Shown in pieces: positions 36,145-39,908 of a stretch of DNA of 39,908 bases. Position numbers and translations under genes: made by a program. Below the pieces are notes generated by a model. The model did not search any database. It was not told the DNA's origin and was given only the letters and a program-made list of their open reading frames with translations. This stretch comes from Verrucomicrobiales bacterium. GTDB taxonomy: Bacteria; Verrucomicrobiota; Verrucomicrobiia; Verrucomicrobiales; SLCJ01. Where the stretch lies: assembly GCA_046075565.1 (NCBI GenBank), contig JBJTQJ010000106.1:1-39908 (forward strand), in the 5' to 3' direction. Each line of letters begins with the position of its first letter. Within the stretch, counting starts at the first letter, position 1.

Positions 36145-36621
36145 TCAGGCGTTCTTCAGCGCTTCCTTGATGGCGGCGAAGTTGGGCAGGACCTTGGCGT
36201 CGTCACTGCTTTCGCTGTAAACAACAGTGCCATCCTTCGAGATGACAAAGGCGGAACGCTTCGACACACCATGGAATCCGATGAAATCAGCATAGAGCAC
36301 GTCGTAGGCAGTGGAGACGGCTTTGTTGAAGTCGCTCAGCACGGGAATACCGATGGCATTGGCTTTCGCCCAGCCGTCTTGGGCGAAGGGATTGTCAACC
36401 GAGATGGCGTAGACCGCCGCATTCAGGGATTCATATTCCGACAACCCTTGGGTGACCGAACACATTTCTTCGGTGCAGACACCGGTGAAGGCGAAGGGGA
36501 AAAACAACAGCACGGTCGGGCGCTGGCCAAAATTGGCCGACAAGGTCACGTCGACGAGACCGTTGGCGGTTTTTTGCTTGAGGGTGAAGTCGGGGGCTTT
36601 GGATCCGGTGGAAAGGGCCAT
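36145..36621 (-). CDS. peroxiredoxin (AhpC/TSA family, AhpE-like)
   Basis: APDFTL, FFPFAFTGVCTEEMC (PxxxTxxC), ISVD, LSDFN, KRSAFVI; start at ATG 36621. Confidence 0.9.
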   Translation of the reverse strand: MALSTGSKAPDFTLKQKTANGLVDVTLSANFGQRPTVLLFFPFAFTGVCTEEMCSVTQGLSEYESLNAAVYAISVDNPFAQDGWAKANAIGIPVLSDFNKAVSTAYDVLYADFIGFHGVSKRSAFVISKDGTVVYSESSDDAKVLPNFAAIKEALKNA

Positions 36622-36809
36622 GGTGGTATTAAGGGTGGATGGTTGAAATGCGGGCGATTCGAGCGAGCGGACACCCGATGGTCCCCGCACTTCCTTTACG
36701 CGCCGTGGGCAAACATGGATTCCCTCGGCGGTCCGGCAAGGGCAAATCAGCCACCAATCAAAGATTCCATGCTTGCGGAAAGCCGGTTTTTCTGATATCA
36801 GTTCCCACT

Positions 36810-37181
36810 TTGCGTTTGGCCACAGCCATCTTCCTTTCACTGCTTCTCCACCTCGTCGGTTTCGCCCGGATGGTGGGGGCGGAGGTTTCTGGCCATGATG
36901 CGCTTCCTTCGGCCGATGGTTGCTGCCAGCATGAAGATGCCAGCCCCGCCTGCGGGGAAGACCACTCCCATGGCTGCCCGGAGGATACGGATTGTCCGGT
37001 CGAAGGCGATCACTGCCACCACCACGGCACCTGTGCCGTCCACAGCATATTGCTTCTTTTCCCATCGGAAAAATCGCTCACACTGCTGTCCCCTGAGGGC
37101 CGCGATCTCGCATTCGAGATTCTTGATGACCGGGCCGAAGATGGACCGGTGATGGAATTGGACAAACCGCCCTTGATCTAA
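36810..37181 (+). CDS. His/Cys-rich exported leader protein upstream of the metal efflux operon (CzcI/DUF2946-like position)
   Basis: hydrophobic N-terminus, CCQH, CGEDHSHGC, HCHHHGTC, C-terminal LDKPPLI; TTG start inferred. Confidence 0.7.
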   Translation: MRLATAIFLSLLLHLVGFARMVGAEVSGHDALPSADGCCQHEDASPACGEDHSHGCPEDTDCPVEGDHCHHHGTCAVHSILLLFPSEKSLTLLSPEGRDLAFEILDDRAEDGPVMELDKPPLI

Positions 37182-37200
37182 CGGCGGCATTCCATCTGTA

Positions 37201-37274
37201 GGCGTGAGCGTCCCATGTTGGGAAGTCGCGCCGGTTCCTCCAAGCCCACCTTGGATGGGAATTCTGTTTGTTTT
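37201..37274 (+). terminator. two hairpins plus U-rich tract between the leader ORF and the TolC gene (attenuator-like)
   Basis: ggcgtga..tccca-tgt-tggga..tcgcgcc (37201-37232); ttcc-tccaag-cccac-cttgga-tgggaa (37235-37261), then ttctgtttgtttt. Confidence 0.45.
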
Positions 37275-37333
37275 GTCCGTTTCAATCCAGGCCGTGCATC
37301 GCCAGCGATCCGGCCTCCACTATCCGCCAAAAA

Positions 37334-38563
37334 GTGATCTCCAAACTCCCTTTGGCCGCGCTGTGTCTGGCGCTGGCCGCGGTTCCGTCGCCCGCCCGGC
37401 CCGCGACAACCGTTTCCTTCGATACCGTGGTCGGCATCATCCGCTCCGGAAATCCGGATCTCGCCGCCGCGCGCTTGCGGGTCGATGAGGCGGTCGCCCG
37501 TGCCAAACAAGCCGGACGCGCCGCCAATCCAGAGCTCGAATCCGAGTTCCGCCATAATCCGTCTTTCCGCGAGGGAGGTCTCGAAATTGCCTTCACGCAG
37601 AAGTTTCCGGTCACCGCCCGGCTGCGATTGGAAAAGGCGGTCGCTCTCGCCGACATCAAAGCCGCCGAGGCCGAAATCGCGGTTCGCGAGCGGGAGATCA
37701 TCACCTCCGCCCGCGAAGCCGTGGTGAAATGCCTCGCGGCAAGGGAACGAAAATCACTACTCGCCGACCAAGCCAGACTCGCGGGAGAATTCGCCGCCTT
37801 CTTGGCCACATCCGCTTCCAAGGGTGAAGGTTCTCTCCTCGACGCCGGCCAGGCCAAACTCGAAGGCAATGCCCTCGCCCTGGAAGTCCGCCGCCTCGAA
37901 GCGGAAGAGATTTCTCTGCTCGGGGAGTTGAAGCCAATGCTCGGACTTGCCATCGGAGACAAGGTTCTGTTAGGGGAGGCCATGCCTTCGGCGGTTCCCG
38001 CGGATTCCACGGCCCCTGATCCCCGAAGCCGCGCCGACTACCAAGGTGCCCTCGCGCAAGTCGAAGCTGCGGATCGCGAACTCGAACTTGAGAAGGCACG
38101 TCGGCATGAGGATTGGCAGGGTGGTGTGGTTGCTTCCGCCGAACGCATGGAAGACGCACCCGAGGGTTACCAAACCGATGGCATGATCGGTTTCCGCCTG
38201 AGTATCCCGCTGCCTCTCTGGAACCGGAACGAGGGAGCGATTGAAGAAGCGGACGCGCGCGCCCGCCGGACGCGTCTGGAAGCCGACGCCCTCGCCCGAC
38301 GTATTCCTCTCGAAGCGGAGGCCGCCCTTGCCGAGATGAACCAGTGGGCGGAACTCATCCGCGAAATCGACGGGAATTTGCTCCCGCTCGCCCGTGAACA
38401 AGCGGCATTGGCGGAAAAAGCCTACCGCGATGGCCAAGGTGAACTTCAGGCGCTCTTGCGCGCCCGTTCCCAGACTCTCGAACTCGCCATCTCGCGCGTC
38501 GAGGCCCTGCGCGACTTCCACCTCGCTCGTGCGCGCCATCTGGCGGGGACGGGTAAATTTTGA
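37334..38563 (+). CDS. TolC-family outer membrane factor (CzcC-like)
   Basis: signal peptide, NPDL.AAR, NPELE, LSIPLPLWNRNEG.I..A, AY.DG; GTG start inferred. Confidence 0.9.
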   Translation: MISKLPLAALCLALAAVPSPARPATTVSFDTVVGIIRSGNPDLAAARLRVDEAVARAKQAGRAANPELESEFRHNPSFREGGLEIAFTQKFPVTARLRLEKAVALADIKAAEAEIAVREREIITSAREAVVKCLAARERKSLLADQARLAGEFAAFLATSASKGEGSLLDAGQAKLEGNALALEVRRLEAEEISLLGELKPMLGLAIGDKVLLGEAMPSAVPADSTAPDPRSRADYQGALAQVEAADRELELEKARRHEDWQGGVVASAERMEDAPEGYQTDGMIGFRLSIPLPLWNRNEGAIEEADARARRTRLEADALARRIPLEAEAALAEMNQWAELIREIDGNLLPLAREQAALAEKAYRDGQGELQALLRARSQTLELAISRVEALRDFHLARARHLAGTGKF

Positions 38564-38584
38564 ACCTCATTCTGTTAGACCATC

Positions 38585-39784
38585 ATGAAAATCTTCGCTA
38601 CATTTCTCACTGCCGCCTCCATCTTGACGGCAACTCTCCACTCCGCCCCTTCAAGCGGAACCGTCATCCTCACCGAACAAGGCGTGAAGAACCTCGGCCT
38701 CGAAACGGTTCCGGTCGAGGAAGCCGACTTCGAGACCACCACCTTCGCCCTCGGGCGAACTGAGGCCGTGCCTGAAAAGCGTTCGGTGCTGAGCAGCCGC
38801 ATTCCGGGACGTGTCGTCGAAAATCGCCTGAAGATTGGCACGCATGTGAGCAAAGGCGAAGAACTGGTTTTGTTGGAAAGCCGTCAACCCGGTGATCCTC
38901 CACCGACGGTCTGGCTGACCGCTCCTGCCGATGGCACCATCATCGGGGTGAATACCGCGCTTGGCGCACCAGTCGAACCCGCGGATCGTCTCGCCGAGTT
39001 TGCGGATCTACGCACGATTTATCTGATCGCGACCTTGCCCCAGGCCACCGCCGGCAAGATCCGCCAAGGCACGAAGGCCAAGGTGCGGTTCCCGATCCGG
39101 CCGGACACGGAATATACCGCGACTCTCTTGAAGTTCGCCGCTTGCCCGTGCCCGGATCCCGCTTGTGCCCTCGGGCAGGATGTTTCCACCCGCTCGGAAA
39201 AAGACGAGGGCGCGGATCTGAATACGGCGGGGGTCGTCTTCACCATCGACAACCCGGACAACCAACTCCGTCCGGGCATGAACGCGGAATGTTCCATCAT
39301 CATGGAGAAACGAAAAAACGTACTCAGCGTGCCGCGCGAAGCCATTCATGGCGGCCCGTCGAACCGCCATGTCTATGTCAAACACATGACCATCCCGAAT
39401 GCCTTCGACCGGGTGAACGTGCAAATAGGCATGACCAGCAATGAGCGTGTCGAGATCATCGAGGGTCTCTTCCCTGGAGACGAGGTTGTAACCCGTGGAT
39501 CCTATTCACTCGGTTTTGCTGGCGCGGGCGGAGGCCCATCGCTCAAGGAAGCCATGGATATCGCCCATGGCCACGAACACAACGAGGATGGTTCGGAGAA
39601 AACACCGGATCAAAAGGCGGCGACGCCTGCCTCATCCGCTGTAAATGCTCATGACCATGCCCACCACGGCCCCGGCATGAGGGAGATCTTCTTCATGGCT
39701 GCGACCGGCATCCTCGCGGTGCTGCTGGTGGTCATCTCGCTGCGCCGCCGCCAACCTGGCGGCGAAACCACCGAACTTTCCTGA
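38585..39784 (+). CDS. RND efflux periplasmic adaptor (CzcB/CusB-like), atypical architecture
   Basis: lipoyl halves SSRIPGRV..G..V.KGE.L and LTAPADGTI, LRPGM, LSVPREAI, VEIIEGLFPGDEVVTRGS. Confidence 0.88.
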   Translation: MKIFATFLTAASILTATLHSAPSSGTVILTEQGVKNLGLETVPVEEADFETTTFALGRTEAVPEKRSVLSSRIPGRVVENRLKIGTHVSKGEELVLLESRQPGDPPPTVWLTAPADGTIIGVNTALGAPVEPADRLAEFADLRTIYLIATLPQATAGKIRQGTKAKVRFPIRPDTEYTATLLKFAACPCPDPACALGQDVSTRSEKDEGADLNTAGVVFTIDNPDNQLRPGMNAECSIIMEKRKNVLSVPREAIHGGPSNRHVYVKHMTIPNAFDRVNVQIGMTSNERVEIIEGLFPGDEVVTRGSYSLGFAGAGGGPSLKEAMDIAHGHEHNEDGSEKTPDQKAATPASSAVNAHDHAHHGPGMREIFFMAATGILAVLLVVISLRRRQPGGETTELS

Positions 39785-39788
39785 GACC

Positions 39789-39908
39789 ATGCTGAACTCC
39801 CTCATCCGCTGGTCGTTGCGCAACCGGGCGATCATTCTCTGCCTTTCACTGTTCCTTATGGTGATGGGTTTCCAAACCGGCAGCCAGTTGCCGGTCGAAG
39901 TTTTGCCC
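39789..39908 (+). CDS. heavy-metal efflux RND permease (CzcA/CusA family), 5' end only
   Basis: MLNSLIRWSLRNRAIILCLSLFLMVMGFQTGSQLPVEVLP, a typical HME-RND N-terminus; runs off the window. Confidence 0.85.
   Translation, partial: MLNSLIRWSLRNRAIILCLSLFLMVMGFQTGSQLPVEVLP

Noticed and set aside
36622-37065. Long N-terminal extension of the peroxiredoxin
   Set aside because: It overlaps the His/Cys-rich leader ORF on the other strand; the Prx fold begins at MALSTG (36621)

Overview
GC-rich bacterial chromosomal segment, probably Verrucomicrobiota (inferred from gene content, REP types and scarcity of Shine-Dalgarno sites; not confirmed). It holds about 40 CDS. Housekeeping genes: panE, menG, plsX-fabH, pyrD, menE, hemL, DAHP synthase, pduO, ppx-like/ppk1 and a peroxiredoxin. 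Accessory modules: a five-gene sugar/sugar-acid catabolic cluster ending in uxaE, two type II toxin-antitoxin pairs, an OmpR/Cpx-like two-component system divergent from a secreted EF-hand protein, fdtA/fdtB-like genes next to glycosyltransferase-like ORFs, a GH29 fucosidase, an orphan ECF sigma factor, and the start of a heavy-metal RND efflux operon. I found no rRNA, tRNA, CRISPR array, transposase or phage gene. Most notable: (1) the RND operon, whose adaptor lacks the alpha-helical hairpin, appears C-terminally anchored and has Cys/His clusters, and which is preceded by a His/Cys-rich leader ORF and an attenuator-like structure; (2) a Ppx homologue with every canonical catalytic motif substituted, directly upstream of ppk1; (3) a possible L-glucose/L-galactose to tagaturonate to fructuronate route; (4) a ~650 bp mosaic of several REP hairpin families. 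All calls come from reading motifs by eye; no database searches were run. Several start codons were moved downstream of the ORF-track starts.
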